From positions 9,819 to 73,818 of the IMG/VR virus record IMGVR_UViG_3300020576_004709: a stretch of DNA of 64,000 nucleotides, one strand, 5' to 3'. The stretch comes from a virus. Lineage: Duplodnaviria > Caudoviricetes. A program made the position numbers and the translations under genes. The notes under the pieces are model-generated. The model was not told the DNA's origin. It ran no database searches and saw nothing but the letters and a program-made list of their open reading frames with translations. Position 1 is the stretch's first letter; every line of letters starts with the position of its first letter. Shown piece after piece: positions 54,135 through 63,360 of the stretch.

Positions 54135-54923
54135 TCAGGCTTTCGGCCGGCCCGACAACCGCGAAAGTTCCTGGTTGATGAACTGCTTCGTCGTCATCGG
54201 GAAATCGCCGCCGAGCATCCACCGCGCGTACCCGATCTCCGATTCGAGCGTGAGGCCCTTGTGCTTCCCGAAAGCGTAGCAGGCCGCGCCGTTCGCGTCG
54301 CGGTAGAACTTGCCGGCCGGGTCCGCAATCGCGTTGCCAAACCGGGCGATGGTCGCGATCTCCTGTGGCGTCTTGCCGCCGAGGATCTCGGGATGCCGTT
54401 CGACCATGCCTTGCAAGATTCCGGCAACCACCGCGGCATCGGCGGCCGCGCCGTGGGCCTTCTCCGCGTGCTCAGCCGCAGCCTGGCGGCCGATGTACTT
54501 CTCGACGGCCGCCGCGAGCGTGCGGGGATCGAGGATCGTGTAGAGGTTGCCCGCGTCGATCCACGTCACCGAGCGCCAATCGAACTTCTCGCCCGCGCGG
54601 GCCATTTCCTCGCACAGGATGGGCACGTCGAACGTGTTCGACTTGAAGCCGACGACGACTTGCTTTTCAAGGAAGCTGGCGACGGTCGTCGCGACCTGGC
54701 GGAAGTTCGGGCAGTCCTTGACGTCGGCGTCGGTGATGCCGTGGATGTCCGATGCCTCCTTCGGGATCGGCCGGCCGGGGTTGATGCGGCGGTCGAACAG
54801 CGGTCGTCCGTTCGTGCCGGACTCGGGGTCGACCGAGAAGATAGCGATCTCGACGATGCGGTCATTGGCGACGTCGACCCCGGTCGTTTCGAGGTCGAAG
54901 GTCAGGAACTTCATAATTGTCAT
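54135..54923 (-). CDS. DEDDh 3'-5' exonuclease (DnaQ-like) with C-terminal FGKHKG (DUF3820-like) domain
   Basis: FLTFDLETTG, NTFDVPIL, HGAAADA, FGKHKG. Confidence 0.9.
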   Translation of the reverse strand: MTIMKFLTFDLETTGVDVANDRIVEIAIFSVDPESGTNGRPLFDRRINPGRPIPKEASDIHGITDADVKDCPNFRQVATTVASFLEKQVVVGFKSNTFDVPILCEEMARAGEKFDWRSVTWIDAGNLYTILDPRTLAAAVEKYIGRQAAAEHAEKAHGAAADAAVVAGILQGMVERHPEILGGKTPQEIATIARFGNAIADPAGKFYRDANGAACYAFGKHKGLTLESEIGYARWMLGGDFPMTTKQFINQELSRLSGRPKA

Positions 54924-55099
54924 TGGTCACTCCGAACGATGGTAAAGTAAGCGGGAACGACGTAGCCCGAAGGACCGCGCCGGGTAGCTCGAATGCAAAT
55001 GTACGATGCAAGGTGCGCAGGAAAGTATTCCGGATCGTACTGTTTCATCCATTCCGGCAACCAGCCGGTGGGCCAGAAGTATTGGGGAAGCTCGTTCAC
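54920..55099 (-). CDS. small hypothetical protein
   Basis: GTG start overlapping the upstream TGA. Confidence 0.5.
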   Translation of the reverse strand: MNELPQYFWPTGWLPEWMKQYDPEYFPAHLASYICIRATRRGPSGYVVPAYFTIVRSDQ

Positions 55100-55326
55100 G
55101 GTCCATCCTTGAGCTTGAGAGAACCCGGTGTTATGTAACCCCGGTCGCGCCCGTCGTCGAACTGCACGTTCGCCAAGATCCTGTGGCCGCCCGGCCGCGT
55201 CAGCGTGAGCACCGTCCCCGCGTGGACGCCCTCGCGGTTCTCGTAAGTAACGCGGTCGCCCTCGCGGATGGTGCGGCCGCTCTTGCCTTCCCACACTCCG
55301 GGCCGGCGGTTGCGTTTCATCGTCAT
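55096..55326 (-). CDS. small SH3/KOW-like hypothetical protein
   Basis: IREGDRVTY...GTVLTL...NVQFDDG. Confidence 0.6.
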   Translation of the reverse strand: MTMKRNRRPGVWEGKSGRTIREGDRVTYENREGVHAGTVLTLTRPGGHRILANVQFDDGRDRGYITPGSLKLKDGP

Positions 55327-55964
55327 CGTCCGCCCCTGTTCGGGTCGTCGAACTCGCGGCCGCACTTCGGGCAGACCGCGCAATACTTGGCGTGCGATTG
55401 TTCGGTTCGAACGTCGCAGTTCGTGCAGATGGGCAGCGCCTTCGGCCCCTTGACTTCGAGGCCGAGCAACGCGCGAATCTCGTTCGCGACGTGGATCATG
55501 TCAAGGTGAAGGCCGGTCCCGTCGCCGTACCTTCGCTCTTGGGTCGCGAGGATTTTTTCGAGCAGGCCACGCGTTCGCTTGGACCCGGCCCGCATGTCTT
55601 CGACCAGATCGCGAAGGAAGCCAATCGAATCGGGAGTCATCGGTTCCGAGTTCCCGATGAGTTTCCGCAGCATCGCGTTCTCGTCCTGGGCGAGTTTCAG
55701 GGCCGCGATGTCGCCGGCCGGGTCGCAGCGGGTTTCGAGGTCGTGGACGAACCGGCGGACAGCCTCGGGCAGTTCGTTGATGTTCTCGGGTGTCGGTTGC
55801 CAATCGTTGTTCAGCCGTAGAAACTCATCCGCGAGGCGCTCGGCATCCGCGACGATGCAGACAGTGGATCCCCGGTGTGTCTCGTGGTAAAGCGTCCGGC
55901 CTTTTATGGCGATGGCCACTAAATCGGCACGCTTCGGATATGGCTTTGCTTGCTCACTCATCAC
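55323..55964 (-). CDS. hypothetical protein with C-terminal Zn ribbon
   Basis: WQPTPENINELPEAVRRFVHDLETRCDPAGD; CTNC...CAVCPKCG. Confidence 0.75.
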   Translation of the reverse strand: MMSEQAKPYPKRADLVAIAIKGRTLYHETHRGSTVCIVADAERLADEFLRLNNDWQPTPENINELPEAVRRFVHDLETRCDPAGDIAALKLAQDENAMLRKLIGNSEPMTPDSIGFLRDLVEDMRAGSKRTRGLLEKILATQERRYGDGTGLHLDMIHVANEIRALLGLEVKGPKALPICTNCDVRTEQSHAKYCAVCPKCGREFDDPNRGGR

Positions 55965-56185
55965 TTGGCCCTCCCCGCCCGAAGGATGCGGTCCTGCTCT
56001 TCGGCGCTCATGCCGTCGAGAATCGTTTGCCGGTAGATCGCCGTACTCGCGTCGTGCGCGTCGTTCGGCTCAATGCCGATCCTGACGCGGTCGCCCTTGA
56101 TCTCCGAGAGCGAGACGGTCAGGCGGAAGCCGTCGGGACGGCCGACGATGATCGCCTCGTGGCGCTTGACAGAAAGTACGAGCAT
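55961..56185 (-). CDS. csrA: CsrA/RsmA-like RNA-binding regulator
   Basis: MLVLSVKRHEAIIVG...LTVSLSEIKGDRVRIGIEP...AIYRQTI. Confidence 0.8.
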   Translation of the reverse strand: MLVLSVKRHEAIIVGRPDGFRLTVSLSEIKGDRVRIGIEPNDAHDASTAIYRQTILDGMSAEEQDRILRAGRAK

Positions 56186-56268
56186 GATTGCCCAATTCCT
56201 TTGGCGAGAGTTGTTCGTTCGGCGTTGGTGCCGATTTCGAAACAGTATATGCGAATCGTAATAGTCGG

Positions 56269-58023
56269 TCAATTCGAGAACGCGGCCCCGGCGAGCGCCC
56301 TGGCCTGCTTCACTTCGACCGCGTTGCCGATCTGCTTCACCTGCTCGCCGAGGTTCCCGGTGATGATGTAATCCGGGTCGAATCCCATAGCCGCCTTCAA
56401 CTCGTGCGGCCGCAGCATTCGGAACAGGATGTCGATCGCCACCTGCTCGCTCCCGTTCATTTGTGGTTCGATGAGCGCGAACCGGTCCTTTGTCGTGACC
56501 GTGGCGAGTGGCTCTTCGGTCGATGCCGGTCCGCTCGTGCCGTAGTACGGCGTGATGTAGGGTTGAACGATAGCGTGCGACTTGCCCCCGGCCATGATCG
56601 TTCCGAGCGGGTCGTTAATGCTCTGCGCTCGCCGTTCGTGCCCGCCCCCGTCCTTGTCCGCTCCGTGGTTCGCCTGGACGATGTACGGCTCGACGATCGC
56701 CGTGTGACTGCCGCCCGCCGTGATGGTCGGGTGCGGCTCGCCGACGTCGCGGGCCGTGCGTTCCAACGCCTTGGGGTCGGTGCCCCGCATGTCGCACAGG
56801 TACGGTTGCACGACGCCGATCTCGCCCCGCTTGGCGGTCGTCACCGTCGGCAACGGTTCGTCAACGCTCAACTCCCGCCCGCCGTGCGTGAGCTGGACCA
56901 TGCAGCCGCGGGCGATGCCGTGCGTCTGCCCGCCGGCGACGACCGTCGGGAGCGGTTCTTCGACCGAATGGCAACGCGGGGCCTGGCCCTCGCGCTCGCC
57001 GTAGTTCGTCGGCACGATGACGCCCTCGGCCAGCGCTATGCACCGCCCGTTCGTCGCGTCGATCGTGCGAATCGGGTTATTGATGTCGTCGACGTCCATC
57101 CGCTCGAACTTGCGGTGCGGCAAGATGAAAGCGAAGCGGTTGCCCTGACTCGTGATCGTGGGCAAAGGCTCGTTGAGGCCGTGGACCGATCGCGCGTCGT
57201 TGCCCCGCTCCTTCAAGTAGTTCATCGCCACGATGAACGGCTCGGCGTTCGCGCCGCCGAACTTCTTCAAGCCCGCCTCGATGCGGGCCATCGTGTTCGC
57301 CGAGAGCGGTCGGCTGCGGGTGAAGATCGACGTGCCGAGGAGGTTCCAGTCGATGATCTCGCGGGCACCCCGCCACTTCGGGAGCCGGCCGAAGAGGTTG
57401 TCACGCTGATCCTTCGAGTGCGTCGGCTCGGGCCACACGATGCGGCGACGACCGCCCTTAACCGCCTGGATGAACAGACGCCGCCGGCTTGTCGCCGCCC
57501 CGTAGTCGGCGGCGTTCAGCGTCTTGTACTCGACGCGGTAGCCGCTGGCCACGAGCGCCGCGATGAACGCGCGGAACGTTTCGCCCTTCTTCGAGGCGAG
57601 CGCCTTGCCGTTCGAGCCTATTGGCCCCCAAGATTGGAACTCGGGTACGTTTTCGATCAAGACGCGGTCCACCTGCAGCGCGTTGACCCATTCGAGCACG
57701 ACCCACGCGCTCGCCCGGCTCTGGTCGTTCTTCGGCTTCCCGCCCCTCGCGTTCGAATGGTGCGTGCATTCGGGACTGGCGACGAGCAAGTCGAGGCGTC
57801 CGCCCGGCACCGCCTCGCCCGGCTTCAACCGCGTCAGATCCTGACAGAAGTGATTCGCTTTGGGGTGGTTCTTAGCGTGCGTCTCGACCGCGCGGTCCCA
57901 ATGGTTCACCGCGACGAGGTCCAGCTTGCGGCCAACCGATTCCGCGTACTGCGCGACTCCGGTCGAAGTCCCGCCGCACCCGCAAAACAGGTCGGCCACC
58001 TTGATAGGCTTCATGCGTTCCAT
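56269..58023 (-). CDS. DNA cytosine-5 methyltransferase with repeated variable region
   Basis: DLFCGCGG, ASPECTHHS, IENVPEF, SRRRLFIQ, QIGNAV; seven P-x-x-T repeats. Confidence 0.92.
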   Translation of the reverse strand: MERMKPIKVADLFCGCGGTSTGVAQYAESVGRKLDLVAVNHWDRAVETHAKNHPKANHFCQDLTRLKPGEAVPGGRLDLLVASPECTHHSNARGGKPKNDQSRASAWVVLEWVNALQVDRVLIENVPEFQSWGPIGSNGKALASKKGETFRAFIAALVASGYRVEYKTLNAADYGAATSRRRLFIQAVKGGRRRIVWPEPTHSKDQRDNLFGRLPKWRGAREIIDWNLLGTSIFTRSRPLSANTMARIEAGLKKFGGANAEPFIVAMNYLKERGNDARSVHGLNEPLPTITSQGNRFAFILPHRKFERMDVDDINNPIRTIDATNGRCIALAEGVIVPTNYGEREGQAPRCHSVEEPLPTVVAGGQTHGIARGCMVQLTHGGRELSVDEPLPTVTTAKRGEIGVVQPYLCDMRGTDPKALERTARDVGEPHPTITAGGSHTAIVEPYIVQANHGADKDGGGHERRAQSINDPLGTIMAGGKSHAIVQPYITPYYGTSGPASTEEPLATVTTKDRFALIEPQMNGSEQVAIDILFRMLRPHELKAAMGFDPDYIITGNLGEQVKQIGNAVEVKQARALAGAAFSN

Positions 58024-58090
58024 TCCTTTGAGTAGAGTTGAATCCGAGTTATCACGATACGAAATGATTTCGTTTCCGAATAGACCGCAT

Positions 58091-59788
58091 TTAGAAACTC
58101 GCGTCCTTCGGGTTCCAGCCGATCTGAGACGAGCGCCACCGCTCCTTCGTCTCGGCCTGGGCGGTTTGATCCTTCTTCGCGGCCGCGATGGACGATTGCA
58201 CCTTCACGTCGAGCCGGCGGGCCAGCATTTCGAGCGCGTCCGGGCCGTCGTCGTGCAGGCCGGTGAACAGGTTGCTCAACTGGTGGACGAGTTCCCGGCC
58301 GCCCCGCGTGTTGCGCACCCGGATCTGGCGGCGCGCGAGGAACGTGTCGAGGCGCCGGATGCGAATCTCCTTCGGGTCCGAGTTGTCGATCCCGTGGAAC
58401 TTCGGACGGTTGATGCCCCGCTCCTTCGCGATACGCTGGAGTTCGGTGTCGATGAGGTCGCCGAAGATGTTCGTCTCGGCCGTGAGTTCCTCGACGCCGT
58501 TGAACTGCTCGACGATCTGGATCGTGCGGCCGAGCATCGAGTTCGCCGCCTCGCGCTGGAAGTCGGCATCGACGTAGATCTTGCCGTCCACGGCCGAGAC
58601 GCCGCCCCAAACGTGGGCCTGGAAGTCCCCCGGCTTGTCCGTCTTCCCCTTGCTCGGGTCGAGCGCGTAGCCCTTGAACCGCAGCGCGGCCGGCCACTCG
58701 TTGAAGTACATAGTCTCGTGGTTGAAATACTCCTCGCCCCACTCGCACACGCCGCCCGCGCTCGTGATCGCCTGGTACTCGGTGTCGAAAGCCTTCGGTC
58801 CCCGCTCGGCCCGAGCGAGCATGAGCGCGAGCAACGGTTTCCACGAGGGCCAGAGCACCCGCGCACCACGCTCCATTTCCTTCTGGTTGCAACGGTAGAA
58901 CTCGGCCGCCGTGTCGTTCCGCCGCGGGTCGCCGAGGTTCGTGAGCAGCGATTCCCACTTCTCCCAAAGGTCCATCCGCTCCGGCCAGTTCATGATCGCC
59001 TGGAAAGACTTGCCTTCCCAACGAGGCGTCTTTGTGAGCTGGACCGCGATACAGTCCCGGTGGAGCGCCGTCCCGACCGAAATGAAATTGGTGTCTTCGC
59101 CGCCGGCCGGGATGACTTCCATCGTGAGCCAGTCCCAAGCGTTGATCCGGCGCTTCTCGCTCGTGATGTCCTTGTTGTTCTGGACGTCGTCGAGGACGAT
59201 CTTCGTCGGCCGCGCCTCGCCCCGCTTGATGCCCCGGATCGAACTGCCCTTCCCATACGCCTCGACGCGAATACCGTTGCGGGTCTCGATCTCGTCGGCC
59301 TTCCACACGAGGCCCTTGCCGTGCGCCTGCGGATAGTGCTCCTTGATGAGCGGGTTCAGTTCGAGTTGCTCCTTGATCTCGAACAGGAACTTTTCGGCCT
59401 GGCTGTCGGTGTCGGAGAAGATGACGATGTACCGCTCTCGCCCCTCGCAGATGTCGCGCAGCAGGTCGATGAGCGTCGTCCAGACCGATTTGCCCGACTC
59501 GCGGGGGGCGATGAAAGCGTGCCGCGATCCCCGCTTCTGCCAAGCGTTCGAAAGGTTGATGTCGAGGTAGCGGTGAAACAGGCTCGGCTCAGACTTGCAG
59601 AATCGCGGGGTGAACGCCTGGCCCCACTCAATTAGACTCCGCGCCGGCTGCTGGATGGTAGCCGTTGAGGAGTTGTTGACCGGCGGCGGTGGGGGCAACG
59701 GCGGGAGGTTCGTCCACCACTCCCTTACGGCGGAACGTGGAGCGAAGTACCTCAGCGACCTTATGTTGGAGATCGAGCGGGAGCGCAT
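58091..59788 (-). CDS. terL: terminase large subunit (true start uncertain, probably near 59630-59700)
   Basis: IAPRESGKS, IVLDDVQ, VGTALH, ALDPSKG, HDDGPDALE. Confidence 0.9.
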   Translation of the reverse strand: MRSRSISNIRSLRYFAPRSAVREWWTNLPPLPPPPPVNNSSTATIQQPARSLIEWGQAFTPRFCKSEPSLFHRYLDINLSNAWQKRGSRHAFIAPRESGKSVWTTLIDLLRDICEGRERYIVIFSDTDSQAEKFLFEIKEQLELNPLIKEHYPQAHGKGLVWKADEIETRNGIRVEAYGKGSSIRGIKRGEARPTKIVLDDVQNNKDITSEKRRINAWDWLTMEVIPAGGEDTNFISVGTALHRDCIAVQLTKTPRWEGKSFQAIMNWPERMDLWEKWESLLTNLGDPRRNDTAAEFYRCNQKEMERGARVLWPSWKPLLALMLARAERGPKAFDTEYQAITSAGGVCEWGEEYFNHETMYFNEWPAALRFKGYALDPSKGKTDKPGDFQAHVWGGVSAVDGKIYVDADFQREAANSMLGRTIQIVEQFNGVEELTAETNIFGDLIDTELQRIAKERGINRPKFHGIDNSDPKEIRIRRLDTFLARRQIRVRNTRGGRELVHQLSNLFTGLHDDGPDALEMLARRLDVKVQSSIAAAKKDQTAQAETKERWRSSQIGWNPKDASF

Positions 59789-60365
59789 TCAACAACGACT
59801 CCAACGGGCTGGCCGGCTTGTCGAGGCCCAAATGCCTCATCAGCATCTGCAACGCCCTGATCTTATCGTGAAGCCGCACCCTGGTGGTAACGGTAACGGT
59901 CTCGGTCGTCGTCCCGTCCTTGTGGTGGTGTACGGTCTTGGTCTCGGTCTGTTCGATGGACTGGATGGCCCGCTGAGCTTCGGCCGAGATCTCTTCCGCC
60001 GGCTTCATCTTAGGCATCCCCTTCGAGTCGAACTCGAAGTAGTCGCCCATCGTGGCCTTGCCGATGATGCAGACTTCGCGGAGGAGCGCGTCGGCCTCGA
60101 TCCTCAGCGAGCGACGGACGGACTCCGTCGCCACCTTGATCGCGGCCTTCATTTCGGCGGTATTCAACAGGCGGTAAGCGTAACTGCGTGCCTTCGCGAG
60201 TTCGTCTTCGGTCTTGCAATTGAAAGCCTTGACGAAGCAGAAATACGGCTTGCCCTTGAGCAGGTACAGACGGAGAAACTCCCGCTGCCGAATCGTCAGG
60301 CCGGTCGGGGGGACCGTGCAGGGCGATTCAGCAACGGGAGTCGGTGTCGGCTCGACGGCTTCCAT
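59628..60365 (-). CDS. terS: terminase small subunit
   Basis: LTIRQREFLRLY...AYRLL...LLREVCIIG...KVRLHDKIRALQMLMRHLG-type motifs. Confidence 0.85.
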   Translation of the reverse strand: MEAVEPTPTPVAESPCTVPPTGLTIRQREFLRLYLLKGKPYFCFVKAFNCKTEDELAKARSYAYRLLNTAEMKAAIKVATESVRRSLRIEADALLREVCIIGKATMGDYFEFDSKGMPKMKPAEEISAEAQRAIQSIEQTETKTVHHHKDGTTTETVTVTTRVRLHDKIRALQMLMRHLGLDKPASPLESLLNALPLDLQHKVAEVLRSTFRRKGVVDEPPAVAPTAAGQQLLNGYHPAAGAESN

Positions 60366-60383
60366 GACAATCAGAATAGGCCG

Positions 60384-61715
60384 TTACGCGGGCTTCGTCG
60401 CGGTGTTGGCCGCCTTCACGAAATCCTCGAATCTCATGCCGCAGACGGCGCAGGCCGCGAGTCCTTCGAGCGTGATGAAGTTGTGGAGTTGGCACGGCTT
60501 GCCGGATGGACCGACCAAAACGGCCGGCTTCGCTTCCTCGTCCGGCAGCTTCGCCACGATCGACGGGCCATCCGGCCCTCGATTGACCGTGACGTCGCCC
60601 CGTGTCTCAGATCGAACGTGGCCGCACCGCGAGCAGACGAGCTTGCTTCCGTCATTGCTGTTCCGCAACACCATCTGGTGGCCGATGCCAGCACAGACCG
60701 CTTCGGGGCTACTGAACTTCACGGCGGGCACGGTTTTCTCGACCGGTTTCTCGGTCGTGCCGCGAACAGGCTGCGGCAGTTGCCCCGTGCAGCCGGTGCC
60801 CATCGAACCGTAGTTCCCGACGAACGTTTCGAGGCGGAAACATTTCTTGCACTTCATGTATCCGTTCCCGGCCTGCTCGAAGTCGTGCGGCGAGTCCTCG
60901 GCCCCGAGTCCGCACTTGTTGCAGAACGCCTGGCCCTGGCGGACGACGAAATCGTGCTGCTTGCAGCACAGTTGGATTTCGCCTTGCAGTTTGTCGGCGA
61001 CGGGTCGCTTCGGGCCGGCATACGGGAAGGGCGGGATCGTCTCCTGCTTCGGCGTCGCGACCGGCGACGACTTCCGCATCTCGTGATTGCGGCGAATGAG
61101 GTAGCCGGCCAGTTCCATCAGCGCCGGCTTTCCGTGCGTCGGCCTCTCGATCTCCATCCAGTCCTGCCACGCGACCCAGCGCGAGATGGGCCGCAGGTCG
61201 GAGAACCAGCCGATGAGTTCGTGCCGGTCGCCCCGGTCGTCGAAGCAGACGATCGGTAATCCTGGGTAGCCGTTTTGCAGTTGCGACGGGTGGAAGTACG
61301 CGAACTCGCCCCCCTTGTTGTCGGGGATCTTCGTCGTGGTCGCGACCGGTAGGCCGATCTTGCCGAAGTGCTCGCGCACCGATTGCACCACCTTCGGGTT
61401 CAGGCCGTCCACGAAGGTGTAGGCGGTGTAGTCCTTACCGACGTCGCCGTAATCGACGCCGAAATTACGCGGGCATTGCGCCGCGGCTGCGGGCTTCGCG
61501 GCCGGCACGAGTTCGGCCAGTTCCGCGAGTTGCTCTTCGAGGGCCTTGACGCGGGACGAGAGTGCTTCGTGGTTGGAACTGCGAATCTTCGTGCCTCGCT
61601 CGATCTGCTTTCGAAGCTCGGCGATCTGCTCGAAAACGTCCTTGAAAATCAGGTTGAGCGAATCCAAGATCCTCGCGGCGGCCTCGTCGGAAAAGGATTT
61701 GATAGGGTCGGCCAT
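60384..61715 (-). CDS. hypothetical protein, N-terminal coiled coil and several H...CxxC Zn ribbons
   Basis: QHDF..FCNKCG, HDF..KCKKC, GHQM..VCSRCG, HNF..ACAVCG; GGAG RBS. Confidence 0.75.
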   Translation of the reverse strand: MADPIKSFSDEAAARILDSLNLIFKDVFEQIAELRKQIERGTKIRSSNHEALSSRVKALEEQLAELAELVPAAKPAAAAQCPRNFGVDYGDVGKDYTAYTFVDGLNPKVVQSVREHFGKIGLPVATTTKIPDNKGGEFAYFHPSQLQNGYPGLPIVCFDDRGDRHELIGWFSDLRPISRWVAWQDWMEIERPTHGKPALMELAGYLIRRNHEMRKSSPVATPKQETIPPFPYAGPKRPVADKLQGEIQLCCKQHDFVVRQGQAFCNKCGLGAEDSPHDFEQAGNGYMKCKKCFRLETFVGNYGSMGTGCTGQLPQPVRGTTEKPVEKTVPAVKFSSPEAVCAGIGHQMVLRNSNDGSKLVCSRCGHVRSETRGDVTVNRGPDGPSIVAKLPDEEAKPAVLVGPSGKPCQLHNFITLEGLAACAVCGMRFEDFVKAANTATKPA

Positions 61716-61886
61716 GTCGTCGTTCTCCGTGCGTTTCGTTCCGGCGGAATTCGCCGGACTCTATTATGATTCGAAATTCGGTTTCGGACAGTTCGCGATT
61801 TGAAACGCGGTCAAGTTGCAAATTACTTCGCCTCGAAATCGCGGTACGTTGAAAGCGTTTTCTGTCTATTTTGTTTTTTAGAACAA

Positions 61887-61921
61887 TTTACGATTGAAAA
61901 TGTTTTGGCCGGTGTTACTCT
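61887..61921 (+). promoter_or_regulatory. rightward early promoter with the shared motif
   Basis: TTTACGA-TTGAAA-N16-TACTCT. Confidence 0.55.
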
Positions 61922-61961
61922 ACTGGTGTCGAACGATGTCACCACCCAACGGAGAACGGCG

Positions 61962-62156
61962 ATGAAGATGTTCACCATCTACGGTTACAACGAGGCCAAG
62001 AACTTCGCGGCCGAAATGATGATCTTCGCGAGCGACCTTCCCGAAGCCTGCAAGGTCGCGGCGAAGGAATGGCCGGGTTGCGTGACGAACGCGATGGGTA
62101 CCCGCGACACCCTACCGACGGCCTTCGTCGAGACCTATCGCCGCGCCACCCGCTGA
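61962..62156 (+). CDS. small hypothetical protein
   Basis: GGAG RBS; MKMFTIYGYNEAKNF. Confidence 0.65.
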   Translation: MKMFTIYGYNEAKNFAAEMMIFASDLPEACKVAAKEWPGCVTNAMGTRDTLPTAFVETYRRATR

Positions 62157-62245
62157 ACCGGATTGCCCCGGCCGACCGGGGCGGGTCGCGGGAATGTACC
62201 CGCCTGACGATGGCCCCACCGGGCCGAAACCCAAAGGAATGTCCC

Positions 62246-62749
62246 ATGCTCATCGGCATCGTCTACAACTGCGAAATCGCGTCGCTCCTCGACGTTCCGC
62301 AAGCCTCGTTCAAGCGCCATTTCCTGGCCCTGTTCAACGAGAGCGACCGGTACGGCTACCTCGACTTGACGGTCAACTTCCACGAGCGCCGTTCGGAAGT
62401 GCTGCCGATCTTCACGTCCGGCGACGCGACGAGCAATTCCGCCGTCGTCGAGGACGACATGCGGGACATGGCCGAGCGGGCCTTCCTGCTCTGCTGCTGC
62501 GTCAAGCCGATGACGAAGTCCGCGGCGCTGCGGTTCGTGAACCGGTTGCAGGACAAGATCGGCGTCGGCTATCACCCCGACACCCGCGCGGCCGAGTACG
62601 TCAACGACGATGACGAGCCGCTGTTCTCCGAGTTGGAGGCCGAAGAGATCGACGAGAACATGGACCGCGTGTTCGACCTGCTTGGCGACGAGGTCTACGA
62701 GATCGGCCTGAACCGGCAGCACATGATGGTTCTCGCGGAGGGCGAATAA
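62246..62749 (+). CDS. hypothetical protein
   Basis: AAAGGA RBS; acidic C-terminus GYHPDTRAAEY. Confidence 0.7.
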   Translation: MLIGIVYNCEIASLLDVPQASFKRHFLALFNESDRYGYLDLTVNFHERRSEVLPIFTSGDATSNSAVVEDDMRDMAERAFLLCCCVKPMTKSAALRFVNRLQDKIGVGYHPDTRAAEYVNDDDEPLFSELEAEEIDENMDRVFDLLGDEVYEIGLNRQHMMVLAEGE

Positions 62750-62750
62750 C

Positions 62751-62855
62751 GTGAACCTCAACATCATCTTCTGGCGGATCGTGTTCGCAATCGGGGTCGG
62801 TCTCATTACGCTGGCCGAACTCAACACCGACGAGGAATGGGAGGAACTCGAATGA
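62751..62855 (+). CDS. small single-TM protein
   Basis: Read by hand: VNLNIIFWRIVFAIGVGLITLAELNTDEEWEELE. Confidence 0.5.
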   Translation: MNLNIIFWRIVFAIGVGLITLAELNTDEEWEELE

Positions 62856-63055
62856 CAACCGAAGAACGCAAGGCCAAGTTCAACGCGACTGTTGAAGAAT
62901 TGGACCAACTAGCATCGCGCGTCGGCAAGTTGGCCGATCAGGTCGAACTCACCGGAACGGCACCGCAGTTCGACACTATTGCCAAGAAAATCGACGAGGC
63001 CCGCCGCATCCTCCGGGATGCACACAACTCCCTCATATCCTTGAGGCCAACGTGA
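62852..63055 (+). CDS. small coiled-coil protein
   Basis: GGAGG RBS; ATGA overlap. Confidence 0.65.
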   Translation: MTTEERKAKFNATVEELDQLASRVGKLADQVELTGTAPQFDTIAKKIDEARRILRDAHNSLISLRPT

Positions 63056-63360
63056 AAGCCACACCACCGACGCGGCCCGGTGTCTGCCGCTGGCTCGCCC
63101 GAGCCGAGAACGGCAACCGGCGGATCAACATAAACGGCGTCATCTACGAGGTCGAAGAAGGTGCCAACGGCCTCGTGCTAAGCTACCAGAAAGGATCGCA
63201 GACCGTGCGGTACGCGATCGACACCACCGGCGAGGTCTGGATCTGCGACTGTTCGGATGCCCGGTACCGGTGGAACCGGCCGGGCGGCGGTTGCAAGCAT
63301 GTCCGGGCGCTCCAAGCCGCCTACGCCGTCCTTCAAGCTCAAACCGGAGAAACGCCATGA
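63052..63360 (+). CDS. SWIM zinc-finger protein
   Basis: WICDCSDARYR...GCKHVRAL. Confidence 0.8.
   Translation: MKATPPTRPGVCRWLARAENGNRRININGVIYEVEEGANGLVLSYQKGSQTVRYAIDTTGEVWICDCSDARYRWNRPGGGCKHVRALQAAYAVLQAQTGETP

Noticed and set aside
53396-54222. Short ORFs in the terL-portal gap (53396-53914, 53930-54178, 53950-54222)
   Set aside because: No RBS or protein-like pattern; they overlap the repeats and the structured RNA
62160-62235. GC hairpins (CCCCGG-ccga-CCGGGG) between early genes as a separate ncRNA
   Set aside because: Short, no second copy found, and compatible with an ordinary leader or antitermination hairpin
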